From contig JANWIA010000024.1 of NCBI GenBank assembly GCA_025450105.1, positions 229 through 64,228 on the forward strand: DNA of 64,000 nucleotides, given 5' to 3'. The notes beneath the pieces are model-generated. The model saw only the letters and a program-made list of their open reading frames with translations. It did not search any database and was not told the origin of the DNA. Position 1 is the first letter of the stretch, and every line of letters begins with the position of its first letter. Source of the DNA: Candidatus Doudnabacteria bacterium (lineage in GTDB: Bacteria > Patescibacteriota > Doudnabacteria > UBA920 > O2-02-FULL-48-8). A program made the translations under genes and the position numbers. This document shows positions 1 to 9,387 of the stretch, piece by piece.

Positions 1-82
1 AAAGCGGCGTTGGAAGCCGTGCCAAAAATAAAAGCATTAATCGCAAAGTATGAGCGGGAAAAAGTAATAGTCACAAAATAAT

Positions 83-1480
83 ATGATCCAAGCAAAAAAT
101 ATTTACTTCATTGGAATCGGTGGGATTGGCATGTCAGCCCTTGCCAGGCTATTGCTGGGCCGGGGGCATAATATATCCGGTTCAGATATGCGCGATTCCG
201 CAACCGTACAAGAACTTATTGCGCTTGGAATAAAGGTCCATATTGGTCACGGTGAGGATAATATTACAGCCTCGCAACCCGAACTAGTCATTTATAGTGA
301 AGACATTACCCCTGAGGCCAAAGGGTTTGTAGAGTTGGCTAAAGCTCAGGATTTGAATATTAAAAAAATGACTTACGCAGAAGCGCTGGGCGAAATTATG
401 GCTGGCTCATTTGGTATTTCGGTAACCGGAACCAATGGTAAATCAACAACTACCGCCATACTTGGTTTGATTTTGGAAGCGGCAGATTTGGATCCAACTG
501 TTATCGTCGGTTCAAAATTATCGCCAAAAAACTCCAACGAAAAGTTTAAGGCTAACGCCCGCCTTGGCGGGAACAAATATTTTGTGGCCGAAGCAGACGA
601 ATACCATCGCCATATGATGTCACAAAAACCGAACGTGATTGTTTTAACCAATGTTGCGGAAGATCATTTGGATTACTATAAGGATATTATTGATATCAAA
701 AATGCTTTTTCAGAATTCATTGCTGGTTTACCAAAAGACGGTGTGGTTATTTACAACGCCGACGATCACAATTCAATTGAGGTCGGTCGGGCCGCTACTT
801 GCCACAAATTAACCTTTGGCATTCATCACTACGCTGATGTCCAGGCGGTCAACGTACACACGCATGAAGGTGGACAAAGTTTTGACGTCCACTTTAAGGA
901 TGAAAATATCGGGCGGGTGACCATGAGTGTGCCGGGCGCAATAAATGTTTCCAACGCCTTGGGCGCTGTTACTGCTGCGTTGCATTTAGGAGTTGCTTTT
1001 CCGATAATCCAAAAAACCTTGGAAAATTTTGCCGGGATTTGGCGTCGATTTGAAAAGGTTGGGGAACTTTATTCCGTTCCAGTGATTTCCGACTACGCGC
1101 ATCATCCGGCCGGTGTGGCCGCAACTATTCAGGCGACCAAAGAATTCTTTCCGGATAAGAAAATATTATTTGTTTTCCAACCCCATCACCGTAACCGCAC
1201 CAAAAAATTGCTCGGGGAATTTATTGAGGCTTTGTGCAATGCCGACGATTTGATATTACCGGAAATATATGACGTTGCCGGGCGCGAGCACGGTGAGGAT
1301 ATAAGTTCCGTGCAGTTGGTTGCAGAATTAAAAAACCGCCAGGTTCGGGCGCAGTTTGCCGCTGACCTTGCCGAAACGGAGCGTATGGTCAGGCTGGCTG
1401 CCAAAGACTTTGGCGTGATTGTCATGATGGGTGCGGGTGATATTGATTTAATTGCCAGAAAGCTTGTAAAAAATGCTTGA
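83..1480 (+). CDS. murC: UDP-N-acetylmuramate--L-alanine ligase
   Basis: GIGGIGMSALA N-terminus, GTNGKSTT P-loop, EADE, DYAHHP and FQPH motifs. Confidence 0.96.
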   Translation: MIQAKNIYFIGIGGIGMSALARLLLGRGHNISGSDMRDSATVQELIALGIKVHIGHGEDNITASQPELVIYSEDITPEAKGFVELAKAQDLNIKKMTYAEALGEIMAGSFGISVTGTNGKSTTTAILGLILEAADLDPTVIVGSKLSPKNSNEKFKANARLGGNKYFVAEADEYHRHMMSQKPNVIVLTNVAEDHLDYYKDIIDIKNAFSEFIAGLPKDGVVIYNADDHNSIEVGRAATCHKLTFGIHHYADVQAVNVHTHEGGQSFDVHFKDENIGRVTMSVPGAINVSNALGAVTAALHLGVAFPIIQKTLENFAGIWRRFEKVGELYSVPVISDYAHHPAGVAATIQATKEFFPDKKILFVFQPHHRNRTKKLLGEFIEALCNADDLILPEIYDVAGREHGEDISSVQLVAELKNRQVRAQFAADLAETERMVRLAAKDFGVIVMMGAGDIDLIARKLVKNA

Positions 1481-2504
1481 TTTCAAAAAAGATGTTTCGC
1501 TAAAAATTCATACCACTTTTAAAACCGGTGGTTTGGCCAAATTTTTTGTTGAAGTAAAATCAATAGAGGAATTTCAAAAAGCGGCGGATTTTTCCAAGAA
1601 ACACAAATTGCCGATTTTTATTTTAGGCGGTGGCAGTAATGTCCTTATTTCCGATTCTGGTCTGGATGCGGTTGTGGTAAAAAATTCCATACGGGGAGTA
1701 TCGATTCAGGGTAACGATGTCACTGTCAGTTCGGGCGAGGATTGGAATCATTTTGTCGGGGTTGTAGTTGAGAAGAATTTGGCAGGTATTGAATGTTTAT
1801 CCGGAATTCCGGGTACTGTCGGTGGCGCAGTGGTGCAAAACATCGGTGCTTATGGCCAGACCATCGCCGATTCCATTAAATCGGTTGATGTTTGGAATTA
1901 TAAAACTGACAAATTGGAAACCTGGAATAAAACCGATTGCCAATTTGAATATCGCAATAGCTATTTTAAAAAACATCCCGATAAATTATTTGTGCTGGCG
2001 GTTAAGTTTCGTTTAAGTTTAGGTGGGCAGCCGACAACCAGTTATCCGGATGTCCAAAAGTTTTTGATCAATGCCGGTGCCACCAGTCTAAGCGACGTCC
2101 GAAAAGCAGTGATAGAGATCCGGGCAAAAAAAGGTTATGTCATTTTGCCGGGCTATAAGGCCTATAACAGCGCCGGTTCATTTTTTAAAAATCCAATTGT
2201 TGACCAAAAGACTTTTGAGTACTTACAAAATAAATTTGCGGATAGGACAAACACCTGGTTTTGGCCGGAAAAGAAAAAATATAAATTGGCCGCGGCATTT
2301 TTGCTTGGCCAGGCCGGTTTTGAAAAAGGTTATGTTTCCGGCAGGGTTGGAATATCCCCAAAACATTCTTTGGCCCTGATTAACATCAAAAACGCCACTT
2401 CCAAGGAAATTTTTGACCTAAGTAAAATGATCCAGAGTGCAGTTCATAATAGGTTTAACGTGATTCTGGAACCAGAAGTTCAAATTGTCGGGAAATTCGA
2501 TTGA
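1473..2504 (+). CDS. murB: UDP-N-acetylenolpyruvoylglucosamine reductase
   Basis: GGGSN, GIPGTVGGA, FEYRNS, SAGSFFKNP and LEPEV motifs; overlaps the murC stop. Confidence 0.96.
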   Translation: MLDFKKDVSLKIHTTFKTGGLAKFFVEVKSIEEFQKAADFSKKHKLPIFILGGGSNVLISDSGLDAVVVKNSIRGVSIQGNDVTVSSGEDWNHFVGVVVEKNLAGIECLSGIPGTVGGAVVQNIGAYGQTIADSIKSVDVWNYKTDKLETWNKTDCQFEYRNSYFKKHPDKLFVLAVKFRLSLGGQPTTSYPDVQKFLINAGATSLSDVRKAVIEIRAKKGYVILPGYKAYNSAGSFFKNPIVDQKTFEYLQNKFADRTNTWFWPEKKKYKLAAAFLLGQAGFEKGYVSGRVGISPKHSLALINIKNATSKEIFDLSKMIQSAVHNRFNVILEPEVQIVGKFD

Positions 2505-2528
2505 CGATTGCCCCGCGTCTGGTAGAAT
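2501..2528 (+). promoter_or_regulatory. Putative sigma70 promoter of hpf
   Basis: TTGACG-N16-TAGAAT with a TG extension. Confidence 0.55.
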
Positions 2529-2551
2529 GAAAATAGAATTAATAAAATACC

Positions 2552-2890
2552 ATGAATATCAATATCAAGGGTACCAACGTTGATTTAACCCCGTCGATTA
2601 AACAATATGTCGAGGAAAAGATCGGTCATTTAGAAAAATTTTTGGGTAAAATTGAATCGGCTAAAGTAGAATTAGAGCGCGACCGCCACCATCACACCGG
2701 AAACGTCATGCGGGCCGAGGTTATGCTAATTGTGGGTGGGAAGGTCATGCGGGCCGATGCTTCGTCCGAAGATATGTACGCCTCGATTGATATGGTTGTC
2801 CCGAAACTTAAAGAACAAATTTCCAAATTTAAGGACAAACGAGTGACGCTCCAGAAGCGCGGTGGGCGAGATGCTAAGAAAAAAAGATAA
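2552..2890 (+). CDS. hpf: Ribosome hibernation promoting factor (short HPF/RaiA family)
   Basis: MNINIKGTNVDLTPSIKQYVEEKI and DMYASID signatures. Confidence 0.93.
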   Translation: MNINIKGTNVDLTPSIKQYVEEKIGHLEKFLGKIESAKVELERDRHHHTGNVMRAEVMLIVGGKVMRADASSEDMYASIDMVVPKLKEQISKFKDKRVTLQKRGGRDAKKKR

Positions 2891-2894
2891 CGAA

Positions 2895-2929
2895 TAAAAA
2901 TTCTCCGAAAATTTTCGGAGAATTTTTTT
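2895..2929. terminator. Palindromic hairpin/terminator after hpf
   Basis: AAAAATTCTCCGAA-AATT-TTCGGAGAATTTTT inverted repeat. Confidence 0.6.
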
Positions 2930-2940
2930 GCCAAAAGTTA

Positions 2941-2968
2941 TTGACAACTTTTGCAAAACGTTTACAAT
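2941..2968 (+). promoter_or_regulatory. Putative sigma70 promoter of speA
   Basis: TTGACA-N16-TACAAT. Confidence 0.55.
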
Positions 2969-2986
2969 TAACAGTAGAAATATTTT

Positions 2987-4393
2987 TTGTTAATCCGCGA
3001 GTTCGACGGAAGAGAAAAATCTGATTTGAAAAAAAATTTAAAGCGGCTTTGGAAACTCGGGGCCGAAGAGTACAATACTCAATACTTCGACATCAACAAA
3101 GGTGGCGAACTGGTGGTGAAGGAAGGGCACTACCAATATAATATTATCAACCTCGTAAAAAAATACGGCACGCCGACCGAAGTCTTTTTTCCGTATATTT
3201 TAGAGAACCGTGTGCGCGACATGATTGATCTTTTTAACGCTTACATTAAGATTAGCGGTTATAAGGGTCGTTTTTATTACCATTACGTCATGAAGGTTAA
3301 CCAGAATAAAGAGTTTGTTTTGCCGGCAATTGCGGAGGGCGCTCATATTGAAGTCTCATCTGCTAATGAACTTTATCTGGTTAAACGCATGATTGAACAG
3401 GATAAGTTCAATCGGCGCATCCGAGTCACCTGCAATGGCCCAAAAACCGAGCAGTATATTCAGTTGATCGAAGAATTGCGCAGCAAAGGACTGATTGTAA
3501 TCCCAATTATCGAAAACCACGAAGAGCTGGAGCGACTGAAGAAATTTAAGGGCGAGGTTGGGGTCCGCGTAAATTTAGATATTAAAATCCAGGCACACTG
3601 GGATAAAAAATTCAATCACTTTGGCTTTTCGGAAGACGAATTGTTGCGCATCGGAAAAATTCGCAACCTTTCGATTTTGCATTATCATATTTCTACCCAA
3701 ATTGAAAAAATTGACGGCTTCGTGAAGCCTCTAAAGCGGGCCATTAATTTGTACGCTAAACTAAAAGAAAAAAATCCGGGACTGGATACAATTGATTTTG
3801 GCGGCGGTGTTGGTGTCCCGTACGAAAAAAAGCGAAAATTATATTCTCTGAAGAATTTAGTCAATCAAATGATTAAAGCGGCCAAGAAGGAATCGGACAA
3901 GTTGGGGATTAAACACCCGAATTTGATTTCGGAATGGGGAAGCTACGTCGCTGCTCCCGCGCAAATCAGTATTTTTAAGGTCCAGGCCGAAAAACCAATT
4001 ACGGGCAAGGCTGACACTAAATGGTATTTTATTGACGGAAGTTTTATCACCAATCTAACCGACACCTGGTCAGTGCGCCGCCAAAAGTGGGAAATTATTC
4101 CAGCTAACCATATGGGTGCTGGACGCATGCAAAAAGTTTGGCTGGCCGGATCAACCTGTGACAGTGATGACCGTTATACCAATAGCGGTAGTTATTTGAT
4201 GCTTCCAAAGTTTACGGAAGATGTGACTGAACTCTACTTAGTGGTCATGGATACTGGAGCTTATCAGGATGCGCTTGGGAATCATCATTGTTTGTTGTCG
4301 TCTCCGGCAAAGGTCATTTGCCAAAATGGAGAAGTGAAATTGGCACGCCGCCGCGAAACTGCAGATGAAATTGGGAAACAGTTTGGATGGTAA
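2987..4393 (+). CDS. speA: Arginine decarboxylase (PLP fold-type III, short form)
   Basis: YVMKVNQ PLP lysine, DFGGG, TCDSDD and DTGAYQ motifs; next to agmatinase; TTG start uncertain. Confidence 0.85.
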   Translation: MLIREFDGREKSDLKKNLKRLWKLGAEEYNTQYFDINKGGELVVKEGHYQYNIINLVKKYGTPTEVFFPYILENRVRDMIDLFNAYIKISGYKGRFYYHYVMKVNQNKEFVLPAIAEGAHIEVSSANELYLVKRMIEQDKFNRRIRVTCNGPKTEQYIQLIEELRSKGLIVIPIIENHEELERLKKFKGEVGVRVNLDIKIQAHWDKKFNHFGFSEDELLRIGKIRNLSILHYHISTQIEKIDGFVKPLKRAINLYAKLKEKNPGLDTIDFGGGVGVPYEKKRKLYSLKNLVNQMIKAAKKESDKLGIKHPNLISEWGSYVAAPAQISIFKVQAEKPITGKADTKWYFIDGSFITNLTDTWSVRRQKWEIIPANHMGAGRMQKVWLAGSTCDSDDRYTNSGSYLMLPKFTEDVTELYLVVMDTGAYQDALGNHHCLLSSPAKVICQNGEVKLARRRETADEIGKQFGW

Positions 4394-4400
4394 GTCGCCC

Positions 4401-4503
4401 GGTGCCGGAAAAAATTACCGGCTGTCAAAATTCTTCCGAATTTTGCAGCCTACGTTCTCGTCCCGCTTGAGCGGGACTGCGAAGGTTAATTTTTTCCGGC
4501 ACC
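4401..4503. repeat. Nested inverted-repeat element (three-way junction)
   Basis: Outer stem GGTGCCGGAAAAAATTA/TAATTTTTTTCCGGCACC encloses two inner hairpins. Confidence 0.7.
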
Positions 4504-4563
4504 TCGCTAAACAAAGAAAGCAAACCCCTGATTTTTATGGGATAATCATTAATAAGGAAATGT

Positions 4564-5553
4564 ATGGGAACAATTAAGAAATTTATCAAACACAACTACC
4601 GTCACTTTAATTCCGCGGTTGTTGTTGATGCGTCCGAGGCCTATGTCGATTTTTTGGCCAAGGGCAACAAAATGATGGTGACATTGGCTGGTGCCATGAG
4701 CACTGCGGAGCTGGGATTAACTTTGGCGGAAATGATCCGCCAGGACAAAGTTCATGCAATTACTTGCACTGGAGCCAATTTAGAGGAAGATATTTTCAAT
4801 TTGGTGGCGCACAATCATTACGTGCGGGTGCCTCATTACCGACAATTATCGTCACAGGATGAGGTCGACTTGCTAAATAAAGGTTTGAACCGCGTTACGG
4901 ATACGACAATTCCGGAAGAAGAAGCTATGCGCAAAATTGAACGCCACATTATTAAATTATGGAAACGGGCTGATGATGCCGGCGAAAGATTTTTTCCGTA
5001 TGAATTCATGTACCAGATGATCCGCGAGAACATGCTCAAGGACGAAATGCAGATTGATCCAAAAGATTCCTGGCTCATTGCGGCCTGTGAAAAGAATTTG
5101 CCGATTTGGACCCCAGGCTGGGAAGATTCCACACTCGGAAATATTTTTGTGGCACTGACCAAAGGCCGTGGCAAAAATTATTACGGCGAAAATATCAAAA
5201 ATATTTCCACTGTTAAGACCGGCTTGGAAGCAATGTCGTTTTTGATTGACTGGTATGTGGAAACTTCTAAGAAATCGGAAATCGGATTCTACCAAATTGG
5301 CGGCGGCATTGCCGGTGATTTCCCGATTTGTGTAGTACCGCTTATCCAGCAAGACTTAAAGCAGAAAGTAAGATTGTGGGGATATTTCTGCCAGATTTCC
5401 GATTCCACAACTTCTTACGGTTCCTACTCCGGCGCCGTACCGAATGAAAAAATCACTTGGGGCAAGCTTGATGTTAACACTCCGCGCTTCGTTATTGAAT
5501 CTGATGCCACAATTGTTGCACCGTTAATGTTCGCATACATCTTGAATCAATAA
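4564..5553 (+). CDS. Deoxyhypusine synthase-like protein (SpeY-like, polyamine synthesis)
   Basis: LAGAMST, TGANLEED, IGGGIAGDF and SGAVPNEKITWGK (catalytic Lys) motifs. Confidence 0.9.
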   Translation: MGTIKKFIKHNYRHFNSAVVVDASEAYVDFLAKGNKMMVTLAGAMSTAELGLTLAEMIRQDKVHAITCTGANLEEDIFNLVAHNHYVRVPHYRQLSSQDEVDLLNKGLNRVTDTTIPEEEAMRKIERHIIKLWKRADDAGERFFPYEFMYQMIRENMLKDEMQIDPKDSWLIAACEKNLPIWTPGWEDSTLGNIFVALTKGRGKNYYGENIKNISTVKTGLEAMSFLIDWYVETSKKSEIGFYQIGGGIAGDFPICVVPLIQQDLKQKVRLWGYFCQISDSTTSYGSYSGAVPNEKITWGKLDVNTPRFVIESDATIVAPLMFAYILNQ

Positions 5554-5556
5554 CTA

Positions 5557-5594
5557 TTGTACAAAATTGGCCGATCGGTCGATTTTGTACAATT
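5557..5594. repeat. Near-perfect intergenic hairpin
   Basis: ATTGTACAAAATTGGCCG/CGGTCGATTTTGTACAAT. Confidence 0.65.
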
Positions 5595-5604
5595 AATGTA
5601 AAAA

Positions 5605-6516
5605 ATGGAAAAATTTAATATAACCGAATCTTACAAACCAAAAAACTTTACTGACCAATTTATTCCGCAGGAAGTAACTTTTGAAAATTCCCAAGCGGTG
5701 GTGGTGCCTTATGGTTATGAGGGCACTGTGACCTTTGGCCATGGCACGAACCGCGGGCCAAAAGCCTTGGTTGAAGCTTCGTGGCAAATTGAATCTTTTG
5801 ATGATGAATTATTGGATGATGTTCAGAATCAAGTTAAGATTTGGACCACACAACAGCCAAAAATTCCTAAAGACGCTTTAAAGGCGGCGGAAACCTTAAG
5901 CGAAATTGTCTGGCAAATTTTAGAAAGGAAAAAACTGCCTGTTGTCATTGGCGGAGAGCATTCCATTAGCTATGGTTTTGTTCAGGGCTTGGCGCAAAAG
6001 TACGACAACTTTGGTATTGTCGTTTTCGATTCCCATTTGGATTTAGGTGATCGCTATTCGGAAAAGGATTTCACCCATGCAGCGTGGTTGAAGTATTCTT
6101 TGGAATTGCCTCAGGTTAAAAATGCAACGCTGTTCGGTATTCGAAATTTTAATAAAATCGAGCATGAATACTGGCAAAACAGCAAAGGAAAAGTAAACGT
6201 CTATTTGGCCCGGGACAAAGACAATTGGGGGAGCATGGCCAAGATCATCAAGGCTTTACCAGAAAATATTTATTTAAGTTTCGATATTGATGCGTTTGAT
6301 CCATCAATCATGCCGGCAACGGGTACGCCTGAACCAGGCGGATTGCTTTGGGACGAGACCTTGAATTTAATTCGTGAAATTTCCAAGAAGAAAAACATTA
6401 TCGGTATGGATCTTGTCGAATTGGCTCCAATAAAAGATATGCACGCGCCGAGTTTTATTGCGGCCAAGCTTTTGGTCAAAATGATAATGTATGCGGTAAA
6501 AGGAAAGAATCTCTAA
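5605..6516 (+). CDS. speB: Agmatinase / ureohydrolase
   Basis: GGEHS, DSHLD, DIDAFDP and GTPEPGG metal-binding motifs. Confidence 0.93.
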   Translation: MEKFNITESYKPKNFTDQFIPQEVTFENSQAVVVPYGYEGTVTFGHGTNRGPKALVEASWQIESFDDELLDDVQNQVKIWTTQQPKIPKDALKAAETLSEIVWQILERKKLPVVIGGEHSISYGFVQGLAQKYDNFGIVVFDSHLDLGDRYSEKDFTHAAWLKYSLELPQVKNATLFGIRNFNKIEHEYWQNSKGKVNVYLARDKDNWGSMAKIIKALPENIYLSFDIDAFDPSIMPATGTPEPGGLLWDETLNLIREISKKKNIIGMDLVELAPIKDMHAPSFIAAKLLVKMIMYAVKGKNL

Positions 6517-6517
6517 G

Positions 6518-6578
6518 CCCATCCTGACGAAAGTCAGGATCTGTTCAAAGTAGATCCTGAAACAAGTTCAGGATGGGG
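6518..6578. repeat. REP-like doublet (ATCCTGA..TCAGGAT family)
   Basis: ATCCTGAC-GAAA-GTCAGGAT and ATCCTGAA-ACAAG-TTCAGGAT; related copy at 52471-52528. Confidence 0.7.
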
Positions 6579-6662
6579 TTTTGGTATGGGTGATTGGCCA
6601 TATGCTCGGCCTTTCTTTTTGCCCGGAAATTCAGTATAATGACAAGGCTAATTTTAAATTTA

Positions 6663-6722
6663 CCATTTCGAACGCAGTGAGAAATCCCTTTAAAAGGGAT
6701 CCCTCCGCTTCGGTCGGGATGG
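6663..6722. repeat. Degenerate REP-like doublet upstream of secA
   Basis: CCATTTCGAACGCAGTGAGAAATCCC...GGGATCCCTCCGCTTCGGTCGGGATGG; architecture resembles 14120-14190. Confidence 0.5.
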
Positions 6723-6729
6723 AATAAAA

Positions 6730-9378
6730 ATGTCTATATTTGGAAAATTATTTGGGAGTTCAAACGAAGGCGTTGTTAAACAATTCCAAAAAGTTGTTGA
6801 CCAGATCAATGCACTCGAGCCGGAATTCGAAAAGAAATCCCAAGACGAACTAAAGCAATTAACCGCCAATTGGAAAACCGGTTTGGCGGATTTGGATTTA
6901 GGTGAAACCAAAGAATATTTGGAAAAGATTTTACCGGAAGCATTTGCCGCAGTGCGCGAAGCCTCCAAGCGAACCATTGGCCAACGCCACTACGACGTCC
7001 AGTTAATTGGAGGTATTGCCCTGCATCGCGGTAATATTTCCGAAATGCGTACTGGTGAAGGAAAAACATTGGTCGCAACTTTGCCACTTTACCTCAATGC
7101 CCTAACCGGCCGCGGTGCACATTTGATTACAGTCAACGATTATTTGGCGCGCTGGCAAGCTTCTTGGATGGGACAAATTTATTACTACTTGGGCTTAAGC
7201 ACCGCTTCGATTCAACACGAACAGGCATTTCTATACGACCAGACTTTCCAGCCGGAAGAGGAAGAGGTTAAACAAATCGAATCGCAAGTCCAAGGTTTAG
7301 TCTTGGATGTAAAACACATGCGGCCAATCAATCGCCGCCAAGCTTACGCCGCGGATATTACTTATGGCACCAACAACGAATACGGTTTTGATTATTTGCG
7401 CGACAACATGGTCGTTGACCCGTCACAGATGGTCCAGCGCGATTTGCATTTTGCTATTGTTGACGAAGTCGATTCCATTTTGATTGACGAAGCCCGCACG
7501 CCGTTGATTATTTCCGCGCCCGACACTGAACCAACAGATAAGTATTATGATTTTGCCAAGATAGTCGACAAGCTGGACGAAAAAACGGATTACAATGTCG
7601 ATGAAAAACACCGCGCCGCAACCTTAACTGAAGCGGGAATTGTAAGATTGGAACAGTTGCTGAATATCAAAAACATTTACGATAAGGACGGTATCACGAC
7701 CATCCACCACATTGAACAGGCGTTGCGCGCCCGAACTTTATTTAAGAAAGACATTAATTACGTTGTTAAGGACAACGAGATTATTATTGTCGATGAATTC
7801 ACTGGCCGGTTAATGTATGGCCGCCGCTATTCGGAAGGCTTGCACCAGGCGATTGAAGCCAAGGAAAATGTAAAGATCCAACAGGAAAGCAAAACGTTGG
7901 CGACAATCACTTTCCAAAATTATTTCCGTTTGTACCACAAATTGGGTGGCATGACCGGTACTGCCGAAACAGAAGCCGAAGAATTCCACAAGATTTACAA
8001 TTTGGAAGTCGTGCAAATCCCGACCAACAAACCGATGGTTAGGAAAGATTTGCCGGATCAGGTTTTTAAGAATGTCCCTGGAAAATTTGACGCGGTCATT
8101 CAGGCCATCAAAGAAAAATACAAAACGGGACAGCCGGTTTTGGTTGGTACTATCAGCATTGAAAAGAATGAAATTTTGTCGCAGATGCTGACCCAAGCAG
8201 GCGTGCCACACGAATTATTGAACGCCAAAAACCACGAACGTGAAGCGCAGATTATTTCCCAAGCCGGGCGTTTGGGCGCCGTAACCTTGGCAACCAACAT
8301 TGCCGGCCGTGGTGTCGACATTATTTTGGGCGGCAATCCGGCCGATCCTAAAGAACAGGAAAAAGTTAAAGAACTCGGCGGTCTTTCGGTAATTGGTACC
8401 GAACGTCATGAATCGCGCCGCATAGACAATCAGTTGCGTGGACGCGCTGGCCGACAAGGCGATCCAGGTTCGTCACAATTTTTCTTGTCCTTGGAAGATG
8501 ATTTGATGCGCTTATTCGGCGGTGATCGTATTGGCCGCATGATGCAAACTCTTGGAATTCCAGATAACCAACCAATCGAAGCCGGATTAATTAACAAATC
8601 CATTCAATCCGCGCAGGGAAAAATTGAAGGGCTGAACTTTGATACCCGTAAACACGTTTTAGAATATGATGATGTCATGAACAAACAGCGTGGCGTCATT
8701 TACAAAAAGCGCCGCGAGATTTTGTCGCCCGAAAAGGATTTGACCGAACAGGTGTTGCAGGCCATTGAACAGGAAATTGCCGATGTGGTTAATTTCCACT
8801 TTGGTCAGGAAACAATTGACCGCAAGGAAATTTTTGAGGCAATTAATACTATCATGCCAATTAAGCCCGAAGATGTTGGTCAGGATTGGGATGACATTCA
8901 AACCATCAATCATTTGGTAGAAATGGCGCGAAATGCTTTTGAACAAAAAAAGACCAAACTTGGTCCGGATACAATGAAACAGATGCAGAGGTTTGTCTAT
9001 TTACGGATCATTGACCAGTTGTGGCAACAGCATTTGGACACCATGGAACATTTGCGCGACTCTGTACGTTTGCGCAGTTACGGCCAACGCGATCCGTTGC
9101 AGGAATTTAAGCGCGAAGGGTTCCAATTATTTGAAAATCTTTTAAAGGAAGTTGATAGCCAGGTTGTGCATACTATTTTTAAAGTTGATGTCGTGCAGCA
9201 ACCGGTAACTCGGAGGCAAGAGTCAGGAGGCAGGAGTCAAGCACTGGCAACTGACGGCTCAGAAATCGGCCGCAATGACCCATGCCCTTGTGGTAGTGGT
9301 AAGAAATATAAACGATGTGGATTGTTACAAACCGAGGAGCATAAAAATAATCTTGTCAAGATGCAAGGAACTATTTGA
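6730..9378 (+). CDS. secA: Protein translocase subunit SecA
   Basis: MRTGEGKT, DEVDSILIDEARTPL, QLRGRAGRQGD and C-terminal GRNDPCPCGSGKKYK. Confidence 0.98.
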   Translation: MSIFGKLFGSSNEGVVKQFQKVVDQINALEPEFEKKSQDELKQLTANWKTGLADLDLGETKEYLEKILPEAFAAVREASKRTIGQRHYDVQLIGGIALHRGNISEMRTGEGKTLVATLPLYLNALTGRGAHLITVNDYLARWQASWMGQIYYYLGLSTASIQHEQAFLYDQTFQPEEEEVKQIESQVQGLVLDVKHMRPINRRQAYAADITYGTNNEYGFDYLRDNMVVDPSQMVQRDLHFAIVDEVDSILIDEARTPLIISAPDTEPTDKYYDFAKIVDKLDEKTDYNVDEKHRAATLTEAGIVRLEQLLNIKNIYDKDGITTIHHIEQALRARTLFKKDINYVVKDNEIIIVDEFTGRLMYGRRYSEGLHQAIEAKENVKIQQESKTLATITFQNYFRLYHKLGGMTGTAETEAEEFHKIYNLEVVQIPTNKPMVRKDLPDQVFKNVPGKFDAVIQAIKEKYKTGQPVLVGTISIEKNEILSQMLTQAGVPHELLNAKNHEREAQIISQAGRLGAVTLATNIAGRGVDIILGGNPADPKEQEKVKELGGLSVIGTERHESRRIDNQLRGRAGRQGDPGSSQFFLSLEDDLMRLFGGDRIGRMMQTLGIPDNQPIEAGLINKSIQSAQGKIEGLNFDTRKHVLEYDDVMNKQRGVIYKKRREILSPEKDLTEQVLQAIEQEIADVVNFHFGQETIDRKEIFEAINTIMPIKPEDVGQDWDDIQTINHLVEMARNAFEQKKTKLGPDTMKQMQRFVYLRIIDQLWQQHLDTMEHLRDSVRLRSYGQRDPLQEFKREGFQLFENLLKEVDSQVVHTIFKVDVVQQPVTRRQESGGRSQALATDGSEIGRNDPCPCGSGKKYKRCGLLQTEEHKNNLVKMQGTI

Positions 9379-9387
9379 AATAAACTT

